Assembly (NCBI GenBank): GCA_963818965.1
Contig: CAWFUG010000011.1
Location: forward strand, 352,001-416,000
Direction of reading: 5' to 3'
DNA: 64,000 bases
Source: an uncultured Verrucomicrobiae bacterium
GTDB lineage: Bacteria; Chlamydiota; Chlamydiia; Chlamydiales; Rhabdochlamydiaceae
Shown here: piece after piece, positions 49,603 through 58,876 of the stretch
Position numbering within the stretch: position 1 is the first letter of the stretch
How the letters are laid out: every line of letters begins with the position of its first letter
Translations under genes and position numbers: made by a program
The notes under the pieces: generated by a model
Told to the model about the DNA's origin: nothing
Seen by the model: the letters and a program-made list of their open reading frames with translations, nothing else
Database searches by the model: none

Positions 49603-50289
49603 CTACATTTTCATATATTTGTCGATCCCTTCGGCAATCCCCAAAGCGATCTTATCCAGATAAGAGCGATCACGCAGTTTGATCCGTTCTTCTTTATTCG
49701 TAATAAATCCCCCTTCGACCAGAATAGCGGGCATCGATGTCTCGCGAATCACGTGAAAATTACCCTGCTTTACGCCACGAGAGCGTGCTCCTGTCTCATC
49801 GATCATCCCTCCCAGTACACAACTCGCTAGCCGCTTGGACGCCCGCGAGCGCCAGAGCTCCTTAGAATTGTAATAAAAGACTTCGATCCCCTTCGCTTCC
49901 GGACTCGGGGCTGAGTTAAAATGGATGCTTACGAATAGAGATCCTTGCGCCTTATTCGCAAGCGAAACGCGGCGCGGCAGCGACACAAAGACATCGCGGC
50001 TCCGCGTCAAAACCACCTGATACCCTAACTCTTCCAAACGCGTCTTTGTGAGCAGAGTCGCAACCAAAGCGACTCGCTTTTCCAGTACGGCATTGACCTT
50101 TGTCCCCTCATCCGTTCCCCCATGCCCCGGATCGAGGATGATCACAGGCTTGGTGCTCGTCGAAACGACAGGAGCTGCCACCTCGTAGCTCCCCTTTACC
50201 CCATGGGTATGCGTAGGTTTCCCAGAAGAGCAGAGAACGAAAAGGGCAAATGCGTAAAATGCAAATGATAAAACGCGCAGATAGCGCAT
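49603..50289 (-). CDS. amiA: N-acetylmuramoyl-L-alanine amidase (Amidase_3)
   Basis: Signal peptide; ILDPGHGG, EK, LTRSRD, FVSIHFNS, PAILVEGGF. Confidence 0.93.
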   Translation of the reverse strand: MRYLRVLSFAFYAFALFVLCSSGKPTHTHGVKGSYEVAAPVVSTSTKPVIILDPGHGGTDEGTKVNAVLEKRVALVATLLTKTRLEELGYQVVLTRSRDVFVSLPRRVSLANKAQGSLFVSIHFNSAPSPEAKGIEVFYYNSKELWRSRASKRLASCVLGGMIDETGARSRGVKQGNFHVIRETSMPAILVEGGFITNKEERIKLRDRSYLDKIALGIAEGIDKYMKM

Positions 50290-50332
50290 GGGCCTCTCTA
50301 TTCCAATCCCACAACTTTAAAGTCTTGAGAAA

Positions 50333-50371
50333 TTAGAGTCAATCCCACAAGAGATTGTAGATAGGCTCTTA
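50333..50371. repeat. Family C mini-element, copy 2
   Basis: TTAGAGTCAATCCCACAAGAGATTGTAGATAGGCTCTTA; 22 bp identical to 24928-24949. Confidence 0.6.
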
Positions 50372-50792
50372 CTGACTGAGCTGTTCAATAGTAATCATCG
50401 CTGTCGTTCCTGAGGCAAGGGTAACAGCGAGCCCAGAGATCGCGACCTGTAAGCTCGCTGGCAAACTTCCTGAAGCCACAGTTAATACCGCTTCCAATAC
50501 AAAAGGAACCCCTCCCGTTGTAATGGCGTAGGCAGGCCCCACTGCAGTCCCATTCAATTCCAATTGCATCGTCCCCAAAAGACTCAAAGTAGTCGTTCGA
50601 GCGACTACCCGCACACAGTAGTTACCTGATTGACTGATTGTAAATGTATCGCTTGCAGATTGCGTGATCGCAGTGCCATAAGACACCGCCGTTTGGTTGA
50701 AAGAAACCGTTCCCCCTGCGACTACAGTGATATTGGAAGCACTGGTAAGGAACCACGCGCCGGAACCCGTGGCTTTCGCATGGGGTTACCAT
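50369..50792 (-). pseudogene. BclA C-terminal-domain-like (C1q/TNF-like) ORF lacking an in-frame start for the full domain
   Basis: Frame open 50785-50369: GAWFLTSASNITVVAGGTVSFNQTAVSYGTAITQSASDTFTISQSGNY...GTTAMITIEQLSQ; ATG at 50792 is one base out of frame. Confidence 0.6.
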
Positions 50793-50830
50793 GCCGGCTG
50801 TGGTATACGAGTAATGGATATTTTACAAGA

Positions 50831-52306
50831 CTACTCTGCCGCAGCTTGAGCAATACAGCGATCATCAAAAGCGATTCTGCGCTGAGAGAAGATTTGATAG
50901 GTCTCGTGGCCTTTACCGGCGATCAGGACGATGTCTTCTGGTGCGGCGAGTTGGATGGCTCGATGGATCGCTTCCTCTCGATCGGGGAGGACGAGGACAC
51001 GGCTTAAGTCCTGGATTCCCGATAAGATGCCGCGGATGATGGCATCGGGATCTTCCTGGCGCGGGTTGTCGTTGGTGACGATGATGAGATCGGAGAGTTT
51101 CTCTGCGACGGCTCCCATCTTCGGGCGCTTGGTCTGGTCGCGATCTCCGCCACAACCAAAGAGGGTGATCAAGCGCTTAGGGTTGAGTTCTCTGAGGGTG
51201 ATAAGCACGTTGTGGAGGGCATCTTCTGTGTGTGCGTAGTCGACGAAGAGATTTAAGTTTTTTTTGTTTTTGACGCGCTCTAATCGCCCAGAGGTCGTGT
51301 GAAAGGTCTCTAGGGCGGGGAGGATTTTTTCTAAAGAGTAGCCGCGGGTGAGGAGGGCGCCGATTGCAGCGAGGAGATTATAGACATTGTATCTCCCGAT
51401 GAGGGAGGTAGAGAAGGGATATTTTCTCTCTGCATAGTGGATGGTGAAAGAGAGGCCAGAGGCGCTTAAAGATAGGTCGGTAGCATAGAGATCGGCTGAG
51501 GGGTCGAGGCCATAACGGATGATTTTAGCGCTACAGTGCGTTAAAATCTGTTTTTCATAAGGATCATCGCCGTTGACAACAGCGGTTTTTATAAAGGGTT
51601 TGCTCCCTTGGGGGGAAAGCATGGTGAAGAGCTGCGCCTTGGCTTCGGCGTACTGGTCCATGTTCCCGTGGTAATCGAGGTGGTCTTGAGTGAGGTTGGT
51701 AAAGACTGCTGTGTCGAATTCGATCGGGGCCACTCTACCTTGATCGAGCGCATGGGAAGAGACTTCCATCACGCAGCTCTTACAGCCTAAAGAGACCATC
51801 TCGTGGAAGAATTTGTAATTGGTCAGAATGTCGGGGGTCGTGTGTTCTGAGGGGATGGCGCGTCCTCCGCCTAAGAGGCATTCGATCGTGCCGATGAGAC
51901 CTGTTTCCCCTTCGAGTTGTCGCAGCGCGTGGTAGATCATCTGGGTGGTGGTCGTCTTTCCATTGGTCCCTGTGACGCCGATCAAAAAAAGGCGCTGGTC
52001 GGCGTGATCGTAGTATTCTCGAGCGAGGAGTGCTTCGATTTTGGAGACGTCAGGGTGGATGATTTGAACAATGTCAGGATGAAAGGGATCATACAAGTCA
52101 GTGAGGATTGCGACGGCGCCACTTGCTACTGCATCGGGAATAAAGCGCGCTGCATGGTGGGTCTTGCCCTGCTTTGCGATGAAGAGATCTCCGGGAGCAA
52201 CCCTTCTAGAATCGGAAGAGAGTCCTTTGATCTCGATCTCTTTCGATCCCTTCACGGTATCGATGGGGAGATTTTTAAGTAATTTTTTTAACTTGATTGG
52301 TTCCAT
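50831..52306 (-). CDS. murE: UDP-MurNAc-tripeptide ligase MurE (mDAP type)
   Basis: GVTGTNGKTT, MEVSSH, TNLTQDHLDYH, VDYAHT, FGCGGDRD, DNPR, AGKGHE. Confidence 0.97.
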   Translation of the reverse strand: MEPIKLKKLLKNLPIDTVKGSKEIEIKGLSSDSRRVAPGDLFIAKQGKTHHAARFIPDAVASGAVAILTDLYDPFHPDIVQIIHPDVSKIEALLAREYYDHADQRLFLIGVTGTNGKTTTTQMIYHALRQLEGETGLIGTIECLLGGGRAIPSEHTTPDILTNYKFFHEMVSLGCKSCVMEVSSHALDQGRVAPIEFDTAVFTNLTQDHLDYHGNMDQYAEAKAQLFTMLSPQGSKPFIKTAVVNGDDPYEKQILTHCSAKIIRYGLDPSADLYATDLSLSASGLSFTIHYAERKYPFSTSLIGRYNVYNLLAAIGALLTRGYSLEKILPALETFHTTSGRLERVKNKKNLNLFVDYAHTEDALHNVLITLRELNPKRLITLFGCGGDRDQTKRPKMGAVAEKLSDLIIVTNDNPRQEDPDAIIRGILSGIQDLSRVLVLPDREEAIHRAIQLAAPEDIVLIAGKGHETYQIFSQRRIAFDDRCIAQAAAE

Positions 52307-54297
52307 TGTCTATAGAGTTCCCCTAACTGCTTTGTCTCTTTTAACCAATTGGCTTTTTCCTCGTCACGTCTCGGATCGCCAATAGGATAACCGAATGGGT
52401 CATCGGGTTCCACTCCTAAATACTGCAATGTACGCAAAGCGATTTCTTGGAAGGCGGGGGCACAACACCTTCCTCCCAACTGGTTTCTCCCAAAGCCTGC
52501 GATGTACTTAAACTCTGGATCATCGATGGCGACGAGGAGGACAAAGCGGGGCTGATCCGCGGGGGCAAATCCGATGAACGTCGAAAAGTGGTCTTTTTTG
52601 GAGTATTTTCCATGGACGATTTTTTCCGCTGTTCCCGTCTTTCCCACTTCTGTATAACCCGGGAGCTCTCCTTTCTCGGCACTTCCGCCCGGTTTTGGCG
52701 CATACTTCATCGCTTGCACGACTTCTTTGATGATGTCTGGTTCGAGAAGGCGTCGAAAGCTCTCGATTCTCTCTTGAGAGGTGTTGTCTAACAACACCTC
52801 TTGGCGCCCATCGCGCGTTTCACGGACGATTTTGCGCACGAGTGTCGGCTGGACGTCGAATCCCCCATTGGCCAAAATGCCGTAGTTGCGCACCATTTGA
52901 AGGCTGGTGACGAGGATATTGTGCCCAAAGGCGATAGAAAAAGGGGTGGGCTTCGACCATTCCAGAGTGCCATTGGGATTGAGTTTCCCGGGAGTGGGCA
53001 ATAACCCATTTGATTCAGAAGGAAGCTCGATCCCACATTTGGTTCCAAAGCCGAAGATCTCCTTCAGTTGGTTCCGATACCAAGCCTCTCCTAAAGTATC
53101 GACGATTCTCTGGGCAAGTCTGGCCATGTAGATGTTAGAGGATTTTTGCACGGCCATCTGCATGTTGAGATAATGGTGCAGGCTCATGTCTCGTATCGGC
53201 TTCGAGCGTCCCGGAAACCGCCCATCGCTCGTCGCGATCTTTTCAGCGGGAGAGAAAAGGGGCTTTCTCCCTTGTTTTTTCAATTCGCAATTGGCCTTTA
53301 AGGCAAGCGCTACCGTCAACGGCTTCATCGTCGAGCCCGGTTCATAAGCGTCAGTGATCGCTTTGACTTTCGCATGTTCATTGAGTGCTGGATCGTTGAA
53401 ATACTTGCGGTACTCTTTTGGTTCGAAAGCAGGGTACTGCGCGAGCGCCCAGATCTCCCCGGTGCGCGGCTCCATCAGAACAGCCCAACCTGCTTTGGCG
53501 TTTGCTTTTTTAACAGCTTTGTAGATCTCTTCTTCTGCAATCGCCTGGAGGTAGGGATTGATCGTCAGATAGACATCGGCTCCATCTTCTGGTGAAGAGA
53601 GCACCTGCCCTGTTTCCATGGGATGGCGAGGAGAGCGCAACAAGAGGCGTTTCCCTTCTTTCCCGCGTAATAAGTCGTCGAAGATGAGCTCTAATCCCCC
53701 CGTAGGGATCGCGCGCTGGGTGGCGCCGTCTTTTTCCTCTCTCACTGTATGTAAGACCTGACCTAAGAGTTTGCCGAAGGGATAGGAGCGCTGATAGTCT
53801 TGTACAAGAAAAAGGGCATTGCGCGCGATCTTGTGTGCTTTAGCAAACGGATGCCACCAGCGGTGGAGCTCTTCTACTTGTGCTTTGTCGAGCCAAGAGA
53901 GGAGCTTGCGCGAGCGACTCTCTTTTTTCAATTGGACAAAGAGTTTTTGCGCATCCTCTTTTTCAAGTGAAAAAAGGGTCGTGAGTTTTTGGGAAATCTC
54001 TTGCCGGTGGGGTTCTGGGATGCTCTTGGGATCGGCATAGAGATGGAATTTAGGAACGTCAATGACGAGCGCTTGGAGCTGCTCGGGATGGCCGCGTTGG
54101 ATGGCATCATTGCCATAAAACACGCCGCGTCTACAGGGTTCTGTCACTGCAATTTGGTGCTGCGCCTGAGCGCGCTTCGCCCATTTTTCCCCTTCGAGGA
54201 TCTGAATTTTAAAAAAATGGACGATGAGAGCACAAAATAGGAGAAAGACGAAGAGAGCGACAAAGAGAAGCGGTTTGCGAGCGGAGTGTAAACTCAT
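52288..54297 (-). CDS. ftsI: Penicillin-binding protein 3 (FtsI)
   Basis: N-terminal TM; EPGSTMK (SxxK), KSSN (SxN), KTGT. Confidence 0.93.
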   Translation of the reverse strand: MSLHSARKPLLFVALFVFLLFCALIVHFFKIQILEGEKWAKRAQAQHQIAVTEPCRRGVFYGNDAIQRGHPEQLQALVIDVPKFHLYADPKSIPEPHRQEISQKLTTLFSLEKEDAQKLFVQLKKESRSRKLLSWLDKAQVEELHRWWHPFAKAHKIARNALFLVQDYQRSYPFGKLLGQVLHTVREEKDGATQRAIPTGGLELIFDDLLRGKEGKRLLLRSPRHPMETGQVLSSPEDGADVYLTINPYLQAIAEEEIYKAVKKANAKAGWAVLMEPRTGEIWALAQYPAFEPKEYRKYFNDPALNEHAKVKAITDAYEPGSTMKPLTVALALKANCELKKQGRKPLFSPAEKIATSDGRFPGRSKPIRDMSLHHYLNMQMAVQKSSNIYMARLAQRIVDTLGEAWYRNQLKEIFGFGTKCGIELPSESNGLLPTPGKLNPNGTLEWSKPTPFSIAFGHNILVTSLQMVRNYGILANGGFDVQPTLVRKIVRETRDGRQEVLLDNTSQERIESFRRLLEPDIIKEVVQAMKYAPKPGGSAEKGELPGYTEVGKTGTAEKIVHGKYSKKDHFSTFIGFAPADQPRFVLLVAIDDPEFKYIAGFGRNQLGGRCCAPAFQEIALRTLQYLGVEPDDPFGYPIGDPRRDEEKANWLKETKQLGELYRQWNQSS

Positions 54298-54314
54298 TAG
54301 ATTACCAATACAGG

Positions 54315-54478
54315 TTTACCACAGAGAGGGGAAACCACAGAGAGAAATTTTCATCTTATACCCCAGTCAGCCTCAAACTTGGAATTTGGCGGGAGCTTTC
54401 GCGCCGGCCAAATTCCAAGTTTGAGGCCGACTGGGGTATAAAAAATCCCTCTCTGTGGTTTCCCCTCTCTGTGGTAAA
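54315..54478. repeat. Family A element, copy 6 (hosts a nested element)
   Basis: TTTACCACAGAGAGGGGAAACCACAGAGAG ... CTCTCTGTGGTTTCCCCTCTCTGTGGTAAA. Confidence 0.9.
54357..54440. mobile_element. 84-bp TATACCCC...GGGGTATA palindromic element nested in family A copy 6
   Basis: TATACCCCAGTCAGCCTCAAACTTGGAATTTGGC / GCCAAATTCCAAGTTTGAGGCCGACTGGGGTATA, one mismatch. Confidence 0.85.
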
Positions 54479-54492
54479 ATTCGACCCCATGC

Positions 54493-54541
54493 TAATACCT
54501 CGCGCGCTTGAGGATGGTGCATTTGAGCGCGCGGGGTATTA
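54493..54541. mobile_element. Family B short derivative abutting the ftsL stop
   Basis: TAATACCTCGCGCGCTTGAGGATGGTGCATTTGAGCGCGCGGGGTATTA; core GCGCTTGAGGATGGTGCATTTGAGC shared with 59773. Confidence 0.82.
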
Positions 54542-54883
54542 ATGAGCGCTTGCGATGAAAGTTGCTTTGGGAGGGACGGCGACTTCTTTTCGTTTTTCAG
54601 AAGAGAGGTCTAGGGCGATTCCCTCGTGTATTTTTAGAACTTGCTTGGCAATGGGGTACTTGAGGTGACTGAATTCGACAGTGCGCGCTAACTGGATCAA
54701 GTGTTCGGGGCTCTCAAAGAGATCGATCTCATACTGGAGCTGCGTATTTTTTTCCTTGAGATCTTTGATATGTCCAGCGATGAGGGGTATTTCTAAGCGC
54801 AGACGTGTCACCGCATTTTGTGTATCGATATAGGAATAAAGGCAAAAAGCCACAAACCCGATACAGAGAAAAATGCGGAGCAT
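54539..54883 (-). CDS. ftsL: FtsL-like cell division protein
   Basis: Short bitopic protein with coiled coil and ESPEHL motif, between rsmH and ftsI. Confidence 0.75.
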   Translation of the reverse strand: MLRIFLCIGFVAFCLYSYIDTQNAVTRLRLEIPLIAGHIKDLKEKNTQLQYEIDLFESPEHLIQLARTVEFSHLKYPIAKQVLKIHEGIALDLSSEKRKEVAVPPKATFIASAH

Positions 54884-54891
54884 GGAATCAC

Positions 54892-55814
54892 CTATGTTTT
54901 CATGGCAAATCGCAACTTCGCGCTGCGTGCGCGTGGGTTCATTTTTATTTCCTTAAACGTCGGAACGATTGGCTTTTTCGTGAGCAGTTTCAAAAGAGGG
55001 ATCATCCCCGCTTGGATCGCCTTTTTAGGAGCAAAAGAGGCTTCTTTGAAAATGTTCTTCACGATCCGATCTTCTAAACTATGAAAGCTAATCACGCCGA
55101 GTTTCCCCGAAGAAGAAAGGAAGCGGATCGCCTTCGAAATTCCCTCTGCGATCGCATCTAACTCTCGGTTCACACAAATCCGCAGCGCTTGAAAAACTAA
55201 AGTTGCAGGATGCCACTTTCCCTTAAGAGGGCTCTTTAAGCTCTCAGAGATGATCGCAGCGAGCTCTGTCGTCGTCTTAATGGGGTGTTTTTTGCGCGCT
55301 TCGACGATCGCTTTTGCCGCTCTTTTATATCTCGGCTCTTCCCCTAGATCTCGAAAAAGCGTCTCTAAATCTTTTTCCGTCCAACGATTCACAATCTCTT
55401 CCGCTGTGAGATCTGTTGTAGGGTCCATGCGCATATCGAGTGGGCCTTCTCTTAAAAAACTAAACCCTTTTTCGCCTTTATCTAGTTGCATAGATGACAC
55501 TCCGAGGTCAAAAAAAAACCGTCTACTTGATCGAGATTTCTCTCTTTTAAAATGAGATCGAGTGAGGCAAAATCCCCATGCACGAACTCGACTTTATCTT
55601 TCCAAGGAGCTAGCGTCTCTTTCGCGATCGCCAACGCCTCGGGGTCTTTATCACATCCGATATAACGCTTAATCTCAGGATGTGCTTCTAAAATTGCCTT
55701 CGCGTGCCCGCCCGCACCCAGAGTCCCTTCGAAAAATGTGGTCAAGGTCGTCTCTTCAAAAAAAGCGATCACTTCATCGCGCAAAATCGGGATATGCGGC
55801 TCATTCTTCTTCAT
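54892..55814 (-). CDS. rsmH: 16S rRNA m4C1402 methyltransferase RsmH, split by a frameshift at a T9 run
   Basis: 5' part HIPIL..TLGAGGHA..DKD..VDGFF; 3' part DLGVSSMQLD..GFSF..PLDMRM..ISFHSLEDRIVK..NPRARSAKLR in the -1 frame; junction A9 at 55510-55518. Confidence 0.9.
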
Positions 55815-56304
55815 CACAACCTGCTGTTTCAGTCTCATCGAGAAGGGCAAACGCCTCTTCAGTTAATTTCGCCAAATTCATCTCAGGATCTTTGCCACTC
55901 AAAACGGCTTCTAGCTGTTTCTCATAGTGCTCTTTTGGCCAGAGCTCGATCTTGTTAAGGACACCTGCGATGATGATTTCATTCTTAATTCCCACCGCTT
56001 TCTTCAAAATCGGCGGGATGATCACTCGCCCTACTTTGTCGCAGCTCGTCTGGTGGAGTGTCGAAAAAAAGAGGGTAAAAAACTTTTGGTACTTGCCGAG
56101 GTGTTGCTTCGCTTGGAACTTCGCTACGATCTTCTGGATGTCACTCTGACGGTAGATCGTCAAACAGCCACCGAGACCTAAGCCTAAACTAAACTCTAAA
56201 ACACCTTCTTCCACGAGGCCAAAGCGCATCCCTTGAGGGAGGACAAACCGTCCCTTCTCGTCGAGCCTCGCTGCAGTAGAGCCACTGAAGAAGAACTTTC
56301 CCAT
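55801..56304 (-). CDS. mraZ: Transcriptional regulator MraZ
   Basis: Two SpoVT/AbrB repeats (LDEKGRFVLP, CDKVGRVIIP), IAGVLNKIELW; start ATG 56304. Confidence 0.92.
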   Translation of the reverse strand: MGKFFFSGSTAARLDEKGRFVLPQGMRFGLVEEGVLEFSLGLGLGGCLTIYRQSDIQKIVAKFQAKQHLGKYQKFFTLFFSTLHQTSCDKVGRVIIPPILKKAVGIKNEIIIAGVLNKIELWPKEHYEKQLEAVLSGKDPEMNLAKLTEEAFALLDETETAGCDEEE

Positions 56305-56330
56305 AATCTTAAATGTAAATCCCGGGGGTC

Positions 56331-56400
56331 TTTCCCACCTTTTCCCACAATTTAACACCAAAGCCTCAAATCGGCAATCTTTTTTCCACAACCCCCCACT
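56331..56400 (-). promoter_or_regulatory. MraZ-binding GTGG(G) direct repeats
   Basis: Minus strand TTGTGGGAAAAGGTGGGAAA (10-bp period) and AGTGGGGGGTTGTGGAAA upstream of mraZ. Confidence 0.65.
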
Positions 56401-56590
56401 TCACACCTCCAAAACGCCGTGTTCAACTCCTTTAAGACCAATCCTTTTAGAGGAAAAATAAAAAAGTGGGAATTGGTGGGAATTGATAACACAAAACCAT
56501 CTAGTGGAGAAATATTTGAATCCTCCTGTTGATTATTTTTTGAAACCCTGGCAAATGATCTTTTATTCTCTCTTTTAACAGGAGGTGGAG

Positions 56591-57100
56591 ATGCCCCCGA
56601 TCACGATCGATAATCTAGGACCTGGACCCTCGGAACGTTATGCTAAGGATCAAGAGACACTGCAAGAAGGCGCTGCCCTTATTAAAGGCTCGCAACGCAT
56701 GCCTGCAACGGAAATTCTCGTTACAAGTCCCGCTCCATCTGATGCGGAAAACCTCCTCGGCCTTAGCGGTAAGGCACTGGGGATTGCCATTTTCAGGGCT
56801 CCCGCCCTTTTCCTTACCCATAGTAAGGCGGGGACGCGTGTTTTTACTGAGGAGCTCATCCCCTCGCTGCGCATAGACGACAAAAAGGAAGAGCTCTCCC
56901 GAAAGCTCTCGGCACAAATCGAACGTAGGCTTAGCTCTGCAGCGACTTTAGGCAAAAAAGAGCAGTATGAAAAAAGCCGCTCTCAAGAAAAAGATGAGAG
57001 GGAAAAGAAAATTTTAGACAAGTTGCTCGACCAACTTGACCATTGCAATAAAATGCTCCGGCAGGCGTACAATGGAAGAGTACAGTTCGTTAAGGAGTGA
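56591..57100 (+). CDS. Chlamydial hypothetical protein (syntenic with CT273)
   Basis: ITIDN..RYA N-terminus, charged helical C-terminus; RBS AGGAGG; lies between the dcw cluster and TPR-dnaA. Confidence 0.65.
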   Translation: MPPITIDNLGPGPSERYAKDQETLQEGAALIKGSQRMPATEILVTSPAPSDAENLLGLSGKALGIAIFRAPALFLTHSKAGTRVFTEELIPSLRIDDKKEELSRKLSAQIERRLSSAATLGKKEQYEKSRSQEKDEREKKILDKLLDQLDHCNKMLRQAYNGRVQFVKE

Positions 57101-57101
57101 G

Positions 57102-57497
57102 ATGGATCAGATCGATTGGATTTCAATTTTAGGGTGGGGGAAAGAGGAGCTCGAGGATTTGCGCTTCGTCGGTTACTCCTATATTAAGCAAGGCAAGTAC
57201 GACATCGCGCTCACGTTTTTCGAAGCGCTCGTCGTCCTCGACCCTGAATCGCTCTACGACATCCAAACGCTCGGGGCCCTCTACCTGCAGAAGGGAAATA
57301 ACCTGATGGCCCTCAATTATATCGAAAAGGCGCTAAAAATCGACCCGACCCATTTCCCCACTCTGCTCAATCGGGTCAAAGCCCTTTTCGCCCTCGGATA
57401 TAAAAGACAAGCACTCGACCAAGCGCACCAACTACAGACCTGCGACCAAGAAACCATCGCCAATCAAGCCCAAGCTCTGATCCTGGCCTACACCTAG
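57102..57497 (+). CDS. TPR protein, type III secretion chaperone-like (syntenic with CT274)
   Basis: GYSYIKQGKYDIALTFFEALVVLDP, LGALYLQKGNNLMALNYIEKALKIDP; RBS AAGGAG. Confidence 0.8.
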   Translation: MDQIDWISILGWGKEELEDLRFVGYSYIKQGKYDIALTFFEALVVLDPESLYDIQTLGALYLQKGNNLMALNYIEKALKIDPTHFPTLLNRVKALFALGYKRQALDQAHQLQTCDQETIANQAQALILAYT

Positions 57498-57518
57498 TGT
57501 TATATATTAAGGGGACCC

Positions 57519-58868
57519 ATGCTCACGAAGACACCTGCAGAGACTTGGTCTCATTTTTTAGACCACATCGAAGAGCGCTGTTCGGCCGCAGAGTTTCAAA
57601 ATTGGTTTGCGCCCATCCAGATTAAAGAGGGCTTAGAAGGCAAGATTTGCCTCGAGGTCCCCAATATCTTCGTCCAAGAATACCTCCTGGACAACTATAA
57701 AAAGGACCTCCTCCTCTTTTTCCCCCCCTCTTCTTCTGGGGAACCCACCTTCTCTTTCGCCATCGCAGAAACTAAAAAAATAGCCAAAACTCCGACACAA
57801 CACGCGGCAGACCCCTCTCCAAGCGAGGCCCCGACCAAAGAAGCCTCCGATCTCAAACTCAACCCCTTTTACACCTTCGAGAATTTCATCGAAGGTCCAG
57901 CGAATCAATTTGTCAAATCAGCAGCGCTCGGTGTCGCAAACCGTCCCTCGAAATCCTATAATCCCCTCTTCATCCACGGAGGAGTCGGCCTCGGTAAAAC
58001 ACACCTGCTGCACGCTATCGGCCACTACATCCGCGCGCACCACAAAAAGATGCGGATCCACTGCATCACGACAGAAGAATTCATCAATGATCTCGTCGAT
58101 AACTTGCGCAACAAATCAACCGAGCGGATGAAGCGCTTTTACCGCTCTCTCGATGTCTTGCTCGTCGACGACATTCAGTTTTTGCAGAGCCGATTGAACT
58201 TCGAAGACGAATTCTGCAACACTTTTGAGAGTCTGATCAATCAGAATAAGCAGATCATCATCACAAGCGACAAACCGCCGAGCCAGTTAAAACTCTCCGA
58301 GCGGCTCGTCGCGCGTATGGAATGGGGTCTCGTCGCTCATGTCGATGTCCCCGATCTCGAAACGCGCGTCGCCATTTTACAACACAAAGCGGAGCAAAAT
58401 GGGTTTCGCCTCCCACAAAAGATCGCTTTCTTCATCGCTGAGCACATCTTCCACAACGTGCGCCAACTCGAAGGGGCTGTCAATCGCCTGAGCGCCTACT
58501 GCCGTTTGATGGGACTCGACGTCACAGAAGACGTCGTCGAAAAAACTTTAAGCGAACTGTTCCAATACACACCCCATCGCAAGATTTCCGTCGAAAACAT
58601 CTTAAAGAGCGTAGCGATTATTTTCGGCGTCCGCGTCAGCGATTTAAAAGGGGGCGGACGGACGAAAGACGTCGCCTTTCCCCGTCAGGTCGCCATGTAT
58701 TTAGCAAAAGAGATGATCAACGATTCCCTCATGCGCCTCTCCTCTGCATTTGGTGGAAAAACACACTCGACACTGCTTCACGCTTGGAAAAAAATCTCTG
58801 GACAATTAGAAAAGGATGAAACGCTGCGTCGTCAGATCGACATGGCCAAACGAAACCTAGAAGCATAA
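57519..58868 (+). CDS. dnaA: Chromosomal replication initiator DnaA (probably the second chlamydial paralog)
   Basis: [49 protein letters not shown]. Confidence 0.96.
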   Translation: MLTKTPAETWSHFLDHIEERCSAAEFQNWFAPIQIKEGLEGKICLEVPNIFVQEYLLDNYKKDLLLFFPPSSSGEPTFSFAIAETKKIAKTPTQHAADPSPSEAPTKEASDLKLNPFYTFENFIEGPANQFVKSAALGVANRPSKSYNPLFIHGGVGLGKTHLLHAIGHYIRAHHKKMRIHCITTEEFINDLVDNLRNKSTERMKRFYRSLDVLLVDDIQFLQSRLNFEDEFCNTFESLINQNKQIIITSDKPPSQLKLSERLVARMEWGLVAHVDVPDLETRVAILQHKAEQNGFRLPQKIAFFIAEHIFHNVRQLEGAVNRLSAYCRLMGLDVTEDVVEKTLSELFQYTPHRKISVENILKSVAIIFGVRVSDLKGGGRTKDVAFPRQVAMYLAKEMINDSLMRLSSAFGGKTHSTLLHAWKKISGQLEKDETLRRQIDMAKRNLEA

Positions 58869-58876
58869 AAACAGGT

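Noticed and set aside
56380..57519. oriC next to dnaA
   Set aside because: Only one near-match (TTTTCCACA), better explained as part of the MraZ repeats; no DnaA-box cluster.
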